A program made the translations under genes and the position numbers. Below the pieces are notes generated by a model that made no database searches, was not told the DNA's origin, and worked only from the letters and a program-made list of their open reading frames with translations. Below are positions 52,878 through 61,828 of a stretch of 64,000 bases of DNA, piece by piece; position 1 is the stretch's first letter, and each line of letters opens with the position of its first letter. The stretch is from the NCBI GenBank assembly GCA_020849855.1, contig JADZFO010000038.1, forward strand, positions 108,010-172,009, read 5' to 3'. Source of the stretch: a bacterium (GTDB lineage Bacteria > 4484-113 > JAFGCY01).

Positions 52878-53930
52878 ATGCGCTACGGAATACGTCCTGA
52901 CAACCTGCCTGAGCATTTGGCGCTTCTCGCAAAGCAGGTGCCGCTGCCAGTCGTGGACACGCTGCTGGCACTGCTGCAGGCGCGTGGAATCATGGCCGCG
53001 GTGAAGCTGGGACTCTTTGAAGCCATGCGCGAGGAGCGCAGCCACAGCGCCGCCGAGCTGGCCGGCCGGATGGGCTGCGACGCGCCCTGCCTGGAATTGC
53101 TTCTGCGCCAGCTTGTGTCCTCTGGGTACATGGAGCGCCGCCCGGGCGGCTTCAGCCTCAGCGCGGCGGCGCGGCGCTGGCTGCTTCGCGGCAGCCAGTT
53201 TGACCTCAGCGCATCCGTGCTGTTCTGCTTCCACGAACTGCGCATGCTGGACTCGCTGGAAGAGCTGATCCGCAGCGGCCGCGGCCTGGACTTCCATTCC
53301 AGTCTTGAGGACCCCGAAGTCTGGCAGGTCTACCAGCGCAGCATGTTTGAGCTGGCGCGCGGGGAAGCCCCGCATCTGGCCGGCCTGGTGCAGCTGGCGC
53401 CGGGTGCCCGGCTGCTGCTGGACATCGCCGGCAGCCACGGCTATCTGGGGGCGGAGCTGTGCCGGCGCAACCCGCCCCTGAAGAGCATCGTGCTGGACCT
53501 GCCGGCGGCGCTGCCGCATGCGCGGGCGCTGGCGCAGGAGGCCGGGATCACGGATGTCGTGGAGCACCGCGAAGGCAATATGCTGGCGGGCGAGTTCCCC
53601 GGCCCGGCAGACGCAGTGCTGCTGAGCAACATCCTGCATCACTTCAGCGAGGCGCAGATCATCGACATCCTGAAACGCGGCCTGCGCGCCCTGAACCCCG
53701 GCGGCAGCCTGCTGATCTGGGATGCCGAGCGGCGCGCCGACAACGCCCGGCCGGACATCGCCGGCGATGCCCTGGCGCTGTGGTTCCGCCTGACCAGCGA
53801 GAGCCAGGTCTATGAAGACAAGGACTACGTGCGCTTCATGAAAGCGGCAGGCTTCAGCAGGGTCAAGGTCAAGCGCAGTATTCTGTCGCCAGTGATGGTC
53901 TGCGTCCAGGGGCAGAAGGCTCAGGGTTGA
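52878..53930 (+). CDS. class I SAM-dependent O-methyltransferase (N-terminal dimerisation/winged-helix domain plus Methyltransf_2-type catalytic domain)
   Basis: 350 aa; LLDIAGSHGYLGAEL (SAM motif I, VDVGGG.G-like), IVLDLP...(DLP motif), NILHHFSE (motif typical of plant/bacterial OMTs, NxLH.W.D-like). TATAAC 7 nt upstream of the ATG. Confidence 0.75.
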   Translation: MRYGIRPDNLPEHLALLAKQVPLPVVDTLLALLQARGIMAAVKLGLFEAMREERSHSAAELAGRMGCDAPCLELLLRQLVSSGYMERRPGGFSLSAAARRWLLRGSQFDLSASVLFCFHELRMLDSLEELIRSGRGLDFHSSLEDPEVWQVYQRSMFELARGEAPHLAGLVQLAPGARLLLDIAGSHGYLGAELCRRNPPLKSIVLDLPAALPHARALAQEAGITDVVEHREGNMLAGEFPGPADAVLLSNILHHFSEAQIIDILKRGLRALNPGGSLLIWDAERRADNARPDIAGDALALWFRLTSESQVYEDKDYVRFMKAAGFSRVKVKRSILSPVMVCVQGQKAQG

Positions 53931-53957
53931 GGGCTGAGCGTACAGGCTCAAAGTATC

Positions 53958-54016
53958 GCGCCGGGCGCAGGCTGTGCGCCCCCACATATCGGATCCGGGC
54001 GCACTCTGTGCGCCCC
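53958..54016. repeat. two REP-like palindromes (GGGCGCAGGCTGTGCGCCC and GGGCGCACTCTGTGCGCCCCTAC) in the convergent gap between the methyltransferase and kinase-like genes
   Basis: Same palindromic unit as at 5718-5740. Could double as a bidirectional terminator. Confidence 0.5.
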
Positions 54017-54061
54017 TACCCTTCAGCAACACTGCCTTGTGCCTTGCGACTTTTGTCCTGA

Positions 54062-57000
54062 TTAGCCCAGGTCCTCTTCGCTGACGTCGATCTCCGGGTT
54101 GTCGTGGATCCTCGTGCGGCCGTCGTCGGACAGGCGGGCGCGCGGCGGGACGAGCATCTTCAGCAGCTTGGTATCCAGCGCGCCGCGGCGCTTCACCGCC
54201 AGCATGCGGTCGCGGAAGGCCGTCCCATGCTGCGGGTTCAGCTCCAGGGCGTGGCTGCAGTAGAGGATTGCCTCGTCATAGTTGCGCACCGCCAGCAGCT
54301 CGCGGCCCAGCAGGGCATAGAGGTCGGCGTCGCGGCAGCCCTCGGCCACCGCCTTGCGCAGCAGGGGCAACACTTCGCGCTGGCGCTTGAGCTGGCGCAG
54401 GATGTCCACAATCTCGATGTAGCTCGCCGCCAGCTTGGAGTTCAGCTCCAGGGCGCGGTCAAAGCAGCTCTGGCTGTAACTGAACAGGCCCTTACGCTTG
54501 TAGGCCACGCCAAGCTGGTGGTGCAGGATGGCGAAGTTCGGGTTGATCTGCAGGGCCTGGTTGTACTGCTCGATGGCCTCGTCAATGCGGCTGTCGTTCA
54601 GGAAGGTGTCGCCCTGGGCCAGGAAGTTGCGGGCCAGCAGGCCCTTCTTGGAGTGGCTGACGCCCTCCTCAGCGAATACCGCCGTGTTACCGACACCCAG
54701 CAGCACGCAGGAGATGGTGCCCTCGAGGCGGCGGCGGATGGCGTCGCCCTTGATCAGCTCCATGGCCTGGGCCGGCTCGCTGGTACTGGTGATCAGCTCC
54801 TTGATCTCGGAGATCGACAGCGCGCTGGAAAGGTTGCGGCTGAGCAGCAGCAGCTGGTCGCCATCCTTCAGGCGGCGCTTCAGACGGTGCACGCGGGCCA
54901 GCTCGCCAAAGCCCAGACGGTCGTGGATCGTGTTTGACAAGGCTTTCTCACCGTCGCCGATGACGACCTCGTCGTTGATGGTCCACTTGTCGTCCGAATG
55001 GTCCAGCAGGTGTCCCTGGGCCAGGATGGTGAAATCAGCCTCGCCGCAGCTGTGCAGATAAAGCGTGTTCTCCTGCACCATGCCGACGATGGCGGACAGG
55101 CCATAGTGCCCGGTCTTGCCAAGGCCAAAGGCCTCGCGGTAGAGGCGCTGGTTCAGCAGGTCAAGCACCTGGTCCAGGAACTTCTCGGGGTCGGTCTTCT
55201 GCATCTTGGCCAGCTCAGGGCTGACCGCGCCGGCGCTGAAAAGCAGCTCACGCATGCTCTTGAGGGCGCTGGTGGCCGCGCGGCTGGAATCGCCCAGTTC
55301 ATTGCCGTGGCCGACCAGCAGGGCAATCGCGCCGCGGGCACGGTTGTTTACCGCAGGCAGGCGGATGGCCAGGGTTTCCTCACCCTTCTCGCGGGTGTTC
55401 TTGCCCACCATCGACAGCTCGGCGAAATCAAAGCGCAGGTTTGGCACCTGGACCTGCTGCTTCTTGTCGTAGCCCAGCAGGTGGCTGAGTTCCTCGCCCA
55501 GCTCGCCGGCCGCCGCATAGCGCCCGGTGGGGTTCTTCTCCAGCATCCGGATCAGCATGTCCTTGATCTCGGGATGCAGCAGCGAGGCCTCAACACGGGT
55601 GGCCGCGTTCAGGTGCAGGTGTTCGTCGCGGATCTCCTGCTCCACCTTGAAGCAGAAGGGCGGGTGGCCCACCATCATCTCGAAGAGCAGGATGCCCAGC
55701 TGGTAGATATCGCTGCGCTGGTCCTGGCTCTGCTGGCGGATGAACTCCGGGGTGTAATACTCGGCGCCGATGAAGTTCAGGTTGCCATTCTGCAGGAAGG
55801 CATCCGCCACCAGCGGGTCGGCGATCTTGACCGAGCGCAGGTCCGTGGTCAGGAAGATATTGCTCGGGCGCAGGGCGCCGTGATAAGGCAGGTGGTGGAA
55901 GTAGAGGCCCTCAAGGCCCTTGCAGATCTGGAAAACGATGCGGCCGGCATCAGGCATCGGCAGGGTGCCGCGCTTGATCAGCAGCTGCTCGAGGCTCTGC
56001 AGGCCGGACTCCATGGCGATATAGCCGTTCTCGAAGTGGATGCCGACGTCATAGACCTGCAGGACATTCTCGTGATGGATGTTCGGCAAGGCCTTGAAGC
56101 GGGTCTGGAACAGACCCTGCAGCTCGGGATGGCTGCGCAGGTCGACCAGCTTGACCACGCAGCGCTGCTGGCCGTCCTCGGAGCGGGTGTCGATCGCGGA
56201 ATAGATGCGGCTGACGCGGCCCGAGCCGATCTCGGAGACCAGCTTGAAGCGGCCGTTGATCAGGGTATCGAGGATGAAGGTCTGGAAGCGCAGGCCGGAC
56301 TGTTCTTCGCCGCAGAGCTTCTGGACATCATCCAGGGCCTGCTTGAAACCGCCGTAGCGCTGCTCCAGGACCGGAGAAAGCAATTTGTATAGCAGCTCCT
56401 GCACCGGCAGGGGCAGCTTGGTTTCGTCACTGAGCACCTGGCGCAGGCGGTCGGGACGCAGGCGCTCGGCCGGCGGGAAGATGGCGCTGGCCGGGGTGGC
56501 CGTGGCCAGCTCCAGCGCGATCAGGCCGAGGCCGTAAAGGTCGCACTGCTGCGCGGAGAAGAGGCCGCTGGGCGCGCCGTCGAAACCCTCGGGCAATGCG
56601 CCCGCCTCGCCGGCGGCGCCGTTATCCTGGCCCGCCTCAAAGCCGTGGCCGCTCTCCAGGGCCGGCAGTCCGGCCAGCAGCTCGCGTGGCGGCAGATAGG
56701 CCAGCAGGTTGGCGGCTTCAGAAGTCAGCGCCAGATCGTCATGGATCGTGACCGTCGGATAGCCAAAGAAGCCCAGCTTGACCTGGCCCTGTTCCAGGCT
56801 GATGCGGATGTTGTCCGGGTGAACACTCTGGTGCGAAAGCACTTCCTTGCTCTCGGCAAAGAGCAGCGCGCGCAGCACACCGCGCATCAGCACCAGCAGC
56901 TCAGCCGGCGGCAGGGCCTTGAGGTTCTCGAACTGGCTCAGGGGCCGGCCGAAATCGGGATAGACAAGGTAGGGACGCCCTTCCTTGCCGCCGAAGGCCA

Positions 57001-57352
57001 GCGGCCGCAGCACGTTCTCGTGCTCTTTCTGGGCCAGGATGATGTTGACGCGCTTGAGCTCCTCGAGCTGCTCGACGGAAATCAGCGGATCGTTGATCAG
57101 CAGACAGACCACTGGCTGCTGGTCCTCAAGGCTGAAACCTGAGTAGCGGTCGCCCAGAACGCCCTGCGATTGCAGGTTATTAATGTGAAATCTGTCTACC
57201 TGGAAGGGTATCTGCATGCCTCGCCCCAATCGTTCCTGATTATATCGGGCTGGCAGCGTCTGCCCTGCACTCTCCATGCCCCCATTGATTCCCCCGAACT
57301 CGATGGTGTCATGCGCACCGTTGACTGATGTCTCCGGCAGTCCTAGACCCAT
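54062..57352 (-). CDS. multidomain signalling protein: two degenerate Ser/Thr-kinase-like (pseudokinase) domains, PP2C/SpoIIE-like phosphatase domain, C-terminal TPR repeats
   Basis: 1096 aa. Kinase-like 2: IGSGRVSRIY (Gly loop), CVVKL (VAIK), HHENVL, YHGALRPSNIF in place of HRDLKPxN (catalytic Asp absent), YYTPEF (APE). Kinase-like 1 similarly degenerate (SHQSVHPDNI). LLVGHGNELGDSSRAATSAL and following region are PP2C-like. C-terminal TPRs (AILHHQLGVAYKRKGLFSYSQSCFDRALELN.., ADLYALLGRELLAVRNYDEAILYCSHALELNP). Confidence 0.65.
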   Translation of the reverse strand: MGLGLPETSVNGAHDTIEFGGINGGMESAGQTLPARYNQERLGRGMQIPFQVDRFHINNLQSQGVLGDRYSGFSLEDQQPVVCLLINDPLISVEQLEELKRVNIILAQKEHENVLRPLAFGGKEGRPYLVYPDFGRPLSQFENLKALPPAELLVLMRGVLRALLFAESKEVLSHQSVHPDNIRISLEQGQVKLGFFGYPTVTIHDDLALTSEAANLLAYLPPRELLAGLPALESGHGFEAGQDNGAAGEAGALPEGFDGAPSGLFSAQQCDLYGLGLIALELATATPASAIFPPAERLRPDRLRQVLSDETKLPLPVQELLYKLLSPVLEQRYGGFKQALDDVQKLCGEEQSGLRFQTFILDTLINGRFKLVSEIGSGRVSRIYSAIDTRSEDGQQRCVVKLVDLRSHPELQGLFQTRFKALPNIHHENVLQVYDVGIHFENGYIAMESGLQSLEQLLIKRGTLPMPDAGRIVFQICKGLEGLYFHHLPYHGALRPSNIFLTTDLRSVKIADPLVADAFLQNGNLNFIGAEYYTPEFIRQQSQDQRSDIYQLGILLFEMMVGHPPFCFKVEQEIRDEHLHLNAATRVEASLLHPEIKDMLIRMLEKNPTGRYAAAGELGEELSHLLGYDKKQQVQVPNLRFDFAELSMVGKNTREKGEETLAIRLPAVNNRARGAIALLVGHGNELGDSSRAATSALKSMRELLFSAGAVSPELAKMQKTDPEKFLDQVLDLLNQRLYREAFGLGKTGHYGLSAIVGMVQENTLYLHSCGEADFTILAQGHLLDHSDDKWTINDEVVIGDGEKALSNTIHDRLGFGELARVHRLKRRLKDGDQLLLLSRNLSSALSISEIKELITSTSEPAQAMELIKGDAIRRRLEGTISCVLLGVGNTAVFAEEGVSHSKKGLLARNFLAQGDTFLNDSRIDEAIEQYNQALQINPNFAILHHQLGVAYKRKGLFSYSQSCFDRALELNSKLAASYIEIVDILRQLKRQREVLPLLRKAVAEGCRDADLYALLGRELLAVRNYDEAILYCSHALELNPQHGTAFRDRMLAVKRRGALDTKLLKMLVPPRARLSDDGRTRIHDNPEIDVSEEDLG

Positions 57353-57451
57353 TTCGTCACCACCCCATGGTTTGTCACTTATATAGAGTATGTCTTACCC
57401 GCTTAGGTTGCGTTAGAAGAAGGACAAAGTTTGGATAAGTCAGGCAACAAG

Positions 57452-57476
57452 CAATCAAAAGCCGGGTCGAATGCAG
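57452..57476 (-). terminator. putative rho-independent terminator after the lipoate-ligase-like gene
   Basis: GAATGCAGGCC-T-GGCCTGCATTC hairpin followed (minus strand) by CTTTTG. Confidence 0.4.
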
Positions 57477-57489
57477 GCCTGGCCTGCAT

Positions 57490-58179
57490 TCAGGCCGCTC
57501 CGGCCGCAGCTGTAAATTCTGCTTCCAGGGCTGCCATCACGTCCTCCGCGCTGCAGTCGAGCCCCTGCTCCTCCAGGCTGGTGACGAAATCGCTGTGCCG
57601 TACCCCGGGGCGGTTGGGCGGAATAGGAAGGTAGCGCTCAATGGCGGCAATGTCGCAGCGCAGCATCAGGGTGGCGTGGTGCAGCACAAGGCCGCTGGAC
57701 AGGCGCATGGCAGAGCCGCTGACCTTGCGGCCGCTCAGTGCTATGTCAGACAGGCCGCTGGCGCTGAAGCCCGGGCCGAGGCGGGCAAAGGCGCGCAGGG
57801 CCAGGCCGCGGAAGTACTCGATGAAATGCGTGGTCGCCGGCCCGCCGGGCTGTCCGGTCTGCGCCGCCTCCACGCTGGCCCGCGAGAGTATGAAGCTAAA
57901 GTTCAGGTTATGCAGGTCGTGATAGACCGTGCCGCCGCCGGAGAAGCGCCGCAGCACCGGGATGCCGTCCGCCGCGCAGGCCTGCTGGTCGACCCACTCC
58001 TCATCCCTGTTGCTGCGGCCCAGGACCACGCAGGGCGAATTGACATAGAACAGCAGGGTCGGCCGGACTGCTGCGCTGTTTTGCGGCCGCAGGCTGTCAT
58101 ATAGCGCTTCTTCATGGGCGAGGTTGGCGGCGGGATCGTGCCCCGCCCGGCGGAGTACCTGGATCTGCACACTTCGCAT
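57490..58179 (-). CDS. lipoate-protein ligase / octanoyltransferase family (BPL_LplA_LipB catalytic domain) protein
   Basis: 229 aa; RRFSGGGTVYHDLHNLNFSFI (RRxSGGGAVxHD LplA/LipB signature) and a downstream conserved Lys region (SGRKVSGSA). Confidence 0.65.
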   Translation of the reverse strand: MRSVQIQVLRRAGHDPAANLAHEEALYDSLRPQNSAAVRPTLLFYVNSPCVVLGRSNRDEEWVDQQACAADGIPVLRRFSGGGTVYHDLHNLNFSFILSRASVEAAQTGQPGGPATTHFIEYFRGLALRAFARLGPGFSASGLSDIALSGRKVSGSAMRLSSGLVLHHATLMLRCDIAAIERYLPIPPNRPGVRHSDFVTSLEEQGLDCSAEDVMAALEAEFTAAAGAA

Positions 58180-58302
58180 TCTAGGCTCTGCCTTCGCTCG
58201 TCAGATCCTGGCCCGGACGCTCCATCAAAAGCTGCATAAAGGTGAAACTATGAACGCTGGCCGCTGCTCTTAGCCCGGTTTGCCCAAGCCATGGAGGTTG
58301 AA

Positions 58303-60210
58303 ATGCAAACGGCAAGAAGCAATTGGAAGCGCGTCCCCGGCACATTGTGTGTGCTGCTGATCCTCTCCGCACTGGGCTGCGGCGGCGGCCATGAGGGCGC
58401 CTTCGGCAACACCCTGGAGAACAGCACCGCCCCGGCAAGCCTGCCGGGCAGCACGCTTAGTCCCGCGCCGCCGGCTTTGGCTGCGCCCGCTGCCCGGGTC
58501 AGTTCCGGCATCTTCGAGCCGGGCGAGCTGTACCAGAGCAGCGCCTCCGGCGCAAGCTGGAGCGGCAGCACTGTGAGCCTTGACGCCGGCGGACTGGACC
58601 TGGCCTACAGCGTGGTGGGCCTCAATGCAGACGCCGGACTGCTGGAGCAGGTCAGCCTGCAGGGCAGCGGCAGCGCGGTCTGGCTGGGCGTCAGCAACTA
58701 TGCCAGCTCTGCCTGGGACTGGGTCGCCGGCCCGCTGGACGCTGAAACTGAAACGACCCTGCATGTACTGGACAGCAGCAGCCCGGACTGCTATTCGCCG
58801 GACGGCAGCATCTATCTGGCGCTGGTGACGACCGCGCAGGCCAGCCTGAGGCTGGAATGCAGCTTCAGCGACGCTCAGCTCAGCGTGGCGCTGAGCGGGC
58901 CGGACATCGGCAATGAGTGCCTGCCCCTGCTGGGCGTCAACGCCGGCCCCTACCCTTCTGGCGAGCCAGGCAACCCGGACCTGATTGAGCAGTACCACGC
59001 CGTCGGGGTGAACTATGTCCGCACCCACGACTTCTATGGCCCGCTGGACCTGGCACAGATGTATCCCGACCGCGATGCGAACCCGACACTGGAGTCCAGC
59101 TTCGACTTCACAGAGAGCGATCTGCGCTGGCAGGCGATCCTGGACAGCGGCGCGCGGCCTTATCTGCGCCTGGGCGACAGCTTTAACAACCCGACACCTC
59201 CGGAGAACCCGATGCAGCGGGCGCGGATGGCTGAGGCCTGCGTGCAGATCATCAAGCACTACATGGAGGGGCAGTGGGGCGGCTTCAACACACCCATCGA
59301 CTACGTTGAGATCTGGAACGAGCCGGACGGCCAGTTCTGGCCCGGCCACAGCCAGGCTGAGTTCTTCCAGTTCTTCGCCGCCGTAGAGAACGCGATCCAC
59401 GCCCAGTGGCCGGTGCTCAAGGTTGGCGGTCCGGGCTTCACCCCGGCCGGCTATCTGACCCCTTCAGGCCAGGCTTATGTCATTGACTTCCTGGACTATA
59501 TGTCGGTCTATGCCACGCGCCTCGACTTCATCTCCTGGCACATGTACTCCAACAACCCGCAGGATTTCGCTGAGGCCGCAGCCTGGTACCGCGTGCAGCT
59601 TGACGACAACGGCTTCGCCGCCGCCGAGAACCACATCACGGAGTGGAACACCTCCATCAGCAATGACGGAACGCAGACGGATGAAGAGATCGAGCTGCGC
59701 AGCGGGCCGACGGGCGCGGCCCTGCTGAGCGCGAGCTGGATCGAGCTGCAGCAGAGCGATGTGGCGGTGTCCTGCTTCTATCGCGGGCCGGACCCGAACA
59801 TTGAAGTCCCCAGCTTCTATGGGATGTGGTACGCCGATGGAACGCCGAAGAAGATCGGCGAGGCCTTTGCCCTCTGGCGCGAGTTCTGCCACAGCGGCAG
59901 CTTCCAGAGCCTTGAGCTGAGCGGAGAGGGCGCGGAGCAGCTCTATGCCCTCGTCGGCCGCGACAGCGAAAGTGACTATCTGCTGCTGCTGGCGAACACC
60001 TCAGACAACGCGGTGACCTACAGCCTGGACTTCCAGGACATCATCAGCGGCGAGCTCAGCCCGGTGCAGGAACTGTACCGCTGCACCCTTCGCGAGGTCA
60101 GCGCCGATGACGACGGCCGCGCGATACATGACCTGCCGCTGAGCACCGTCTCCATCCCGGCACACGCTGTGCAGCTGCTGAAGGTGGACTGGTACGACAG
60201 CGACGACTAA
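58303..60210 (+). CDS. clan GH-A glycoside hydrolase lipoprotein (GH39/GH5-like) with shared N-terminal module
   Basis: Start at ATG 58303 (SD GGAGG 5 nt upstream; MQTARSNWKRVPGTLCVLLILSALGCGGG lipobox). ORF track 58291. N-module motif VWLGVSNYASSAWDWVAGP. Catalytic core with acid/base EIWNEPD (NEP) and nucleophile ITEWN, separated by ~110 aa as in (beta/alpha)8 GH-A enzymes. Confidence 0.65.
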   Translation: MQTARSNWKRVPGTLCVLLILSALGCGGGHEGAFGNTLENSTAPASLPGSTLSPAPPALAAPAARVSSGIFEPGELYQSSASGASWSGSTVSLDAGGLDLAYSVVGLNADAGLLEQVSLQGSGSAVWLGVSNYASSAWDWVAGPLDAETETTLHVLDSSSPDCYSPDGSIYLALVTTAQASLRLECSFSDAQLSVALSGPDIGNECLPLLGVNAGPYPSGEPGNPDLIEQYHAVGVNYVRTHDFYGPLDLAQMYPDRDANPTLESSFDFTESDLRWQAILDSGARPYLRLGDSFNNPTPPENPMQRARMAEACVQIIKHYMEGQWGGFNTPIDYVEIWNEPDGQFWPGHSQAEFFQFFAAVENAIHAQWPVLKVGGPGFTPAGYLTPSGQAYVIDFLDYMSVYATRLDFISWHMYSNNPQDFAEAAAWYRVQLDDNGFAAAENHITEWNTSISNDGTQTDEEIELRSGPTGAALLSASWIELQQSDVAVSCFYRGPDPNIEVPSFYGMWYADGTPKKIGEAFALWREFCHSGSFQSLELSGEGAEQLYALVGRDSESDYLLLLANTSDNAVTYSLDFQDIISGELSPVQELYRCTLREVSADDDGRAIHDLPLSTVSIPAHAVQLLKVDWYDSDD

Positions 60211-60307
60211 GGCGTGAAGCTGCGCAGCAGCAGGCTTCGCCAGCGATGGCACCAGCCCAGGCGGCCCGTGTAATGCGGGCCGCCGCTGCGCTGTATCATC
60301 CCCTGCT

Positions 60308-61213
60308 GTGATCTGGATCTACATTGTCGCCGGGCTCCTGATCGCGCTGCTCGGGGCGCGGCTGCTTGGCCGTCTGCGCTGGCGCAGCGCCTCGGCCCGG
60401 CTGGTGGAAAACCTGCGCAGCCACAAGCTGGCAGACGGCCCCGCGCCCCTGTCCGCTGCTGCACTTGAGGGCCTGCCGGCACCGGTAGCGCGCTATCTGA
60501 AGCTGGCACTGGGCGATGCGCTCTCGGCCGGCTCGACACTGCCCGGCTGGGTCAGCCTGCAGCAGCGCGGCGAGATGCGTCTTGGCGAGGGGCCGCAGGC
60601 CTGGAAGCCCTTCACGGCGACGCAGAACATCTGCGCCCGGCGGCCAGGCTTCGTCTGGGAGGCGGTATTCAACATGGGCCCCGCGATGAGCGTGCTGGTG
60701 CGGGACAGCTACTGCGCCGGCGAGGGGGCGATGCAGGCCTCCATGCTGGGCCTGCTTGGCATCGTCAACCAGCATGGCACAGCCCAGATCGGCGCCGCAT
60801 CGCTCCAGCGCTGGCTGGCCGAGGCGCCCTGGCTGCCGACGGCCCTGCTGCCCGAGAGCATCGAGGCCCGGGCCCTGCATGCCGCAGGCGCGGGAGCAGA
60901 AGGCGGCGGCGCATCGCTGCGCTGGGAGGGCATCGACGAGCGGCGGGCGCTCGCGCTGCTGCGCGACGGCGCGCTGGAAGTCAGCGTGGAATTCCGCTTC
61001 AACGCCGCCGGCGAAGTGGAGAGCATCTACTGCCCGGCGCGCTTCAGGGATGTGAAGGGCACGCCGGTGGCCACACCCTGGGAAGGCCGTTTCAGCGAGT
61101 ACCGCGCCTTCGATGGCCTGCGCATCCCGACGCGCGCCGAGGTCGGCTGGCACATCGACGGCGAGTACCAGCCCTACTGGCGCGGGGAGATTGAGAGCGC
61201 GAGTGTCAGTTGA
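60308..61213 (+). CDS. hypothetical protein with N-terminal TM helix
   Basis: 301-aa GTG-initiated ORF (IWIYIVAGLLIALLGARLLG). TATCAT 8 nt upstream. No motif recognised. Confidence 0.4.
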   Translation: MIWIYIVAGLLIALLGARLLGRLRWRSASARLVENLRSHKLADGPAPLSAAALEGLPAPVARYLKLALGDALSAGSTLPGWVSLQQRGEMRLGEGPQAWKPFTATQNICARRPGFVWEAVFNMGPAMSVLVRDSYCAGEGAMQASMLGLLGIVNQHGTAQIGAASLQRWLAEAPWLPTALLPESIEARALHAAGAGAEGGGASLRWEGIDERRALALLRDGALEVSVEFRFNAAGEVESIYCPARFRDVKGTPVATPWEGRFSEYRAFDGLRIPTRAEVGWHIDGEYQPYWRGEIESASVS

Positions 61214-61285
61214 CGGCATGCTGAGGAACGAGCCTGGTCCTGCCGTCCGGCACACTGTCAGCAGCCACGAGGGTATACTCCAGGC

Positions 61286-61507
61286 ATGAAAGCAGTGGTT
61301 GCCATGCACCAGGACGAGGATGGCATGTGGATCGCCGAGTGCCTCAGCATGCCGGGCTGTGTTTCGGAAGGCGCAAGCCGGGCCGAAGCACTGAAGATGC
61401 TGCAGGACGCAATGCAAGGCTGGCTGGCGGTGATGCGAGAAGATCACCCCGGCATTGATCTTCCACTACTTGCAGTTGAAGTCAGCGAGATTGAGGTGGC
61501 CGCTTAG
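61286..61507 (+). CDS. hicB: HicB-family antitoxin (UPF0150 / RNase-H-like fold)
   Basis: 73 aa; MKAVVAMHQDEDGMWIAECLSMPGCVSEGASRAEALKMLQDAMQGWL matches the HicB N-domain consensus (Y......EDGGY.A.VP.LPGC.S.G.T.EEA..N..EA...). TATACT 6 nt upstream of the ATG. Confidence 0.7.
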   Translation: MKAVVAMHQDEDGMWIAECLSMPGCVSEGASRAEALKMLQDAMQGWLAVMREDHPGIDLPLLAVEVSEIEVAA

Positions 61508-61534
61508 TTGCCACCCCTTCCTTCCGCCTCAGGC

Positions 61535-61741
61535 ATGGAAGTTCTGGCTGCATTCGAGCGCCTTGGCTGGATCTACCGGCGCCGTGAATCGAGCCACATG
61601 ATTTTGACCAGGCCAGGCGTCTTTGGCGCTCTAGCCATTCCGAATAAGCCGGCAGTTGCAAGAGGAACGCTACGCGCACTGCTTAGAGTTGTCGGGGTCA
61701 GTGTAGAAGAGTTCACAGCGGCGCTCCGGAGCAAGTCTTAA
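61535..61741 (+). CDS. hicA: HicA-family mRNA-interferase toxin (YcfA-like)
   Basis: Start placed at ATG 61535 (MEVLAAFERLGWIYRRRESSHMILTRPG....IPNKPAVARGTLRALLRVVGVS), matching HicA (M...L.K.L...GW...R..GSH........G...IP.H....I..GTL..ILKQAG) including the catalytic His in SSH. ORF track starts at TTG 61508. Confidence 0.65.
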   Translation: MEVLAAFERLGWIYRRRESSHMILTRPGVFGALAIPNKPAVARGTLRALLRVVGVSVEEFTAALRSKS

Positions 61742-61756
61742 CACTTCAAAAGTCGA

Positions 61757-61790
61757 AACAAAAAGGCCGCCCATTCGGGCGGCCTTCTTC
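61757..61790. terminator. bidirectional rho-independent terminator between hicA(+) and pilT(-)
   Basis: AAAAAGGCCGCCC-ATTC-GGGCGGCCTTCTTCG: 8-bp GC stem with A-run upstream and T-rich run downstream, so it reads as a terminator in both orientations. Confidence 0.6.
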
Positions 61791-61828
61791 GTACGCTTTG
61801 TAATACCCGCGCGCGGCGGGTCTGAAAA

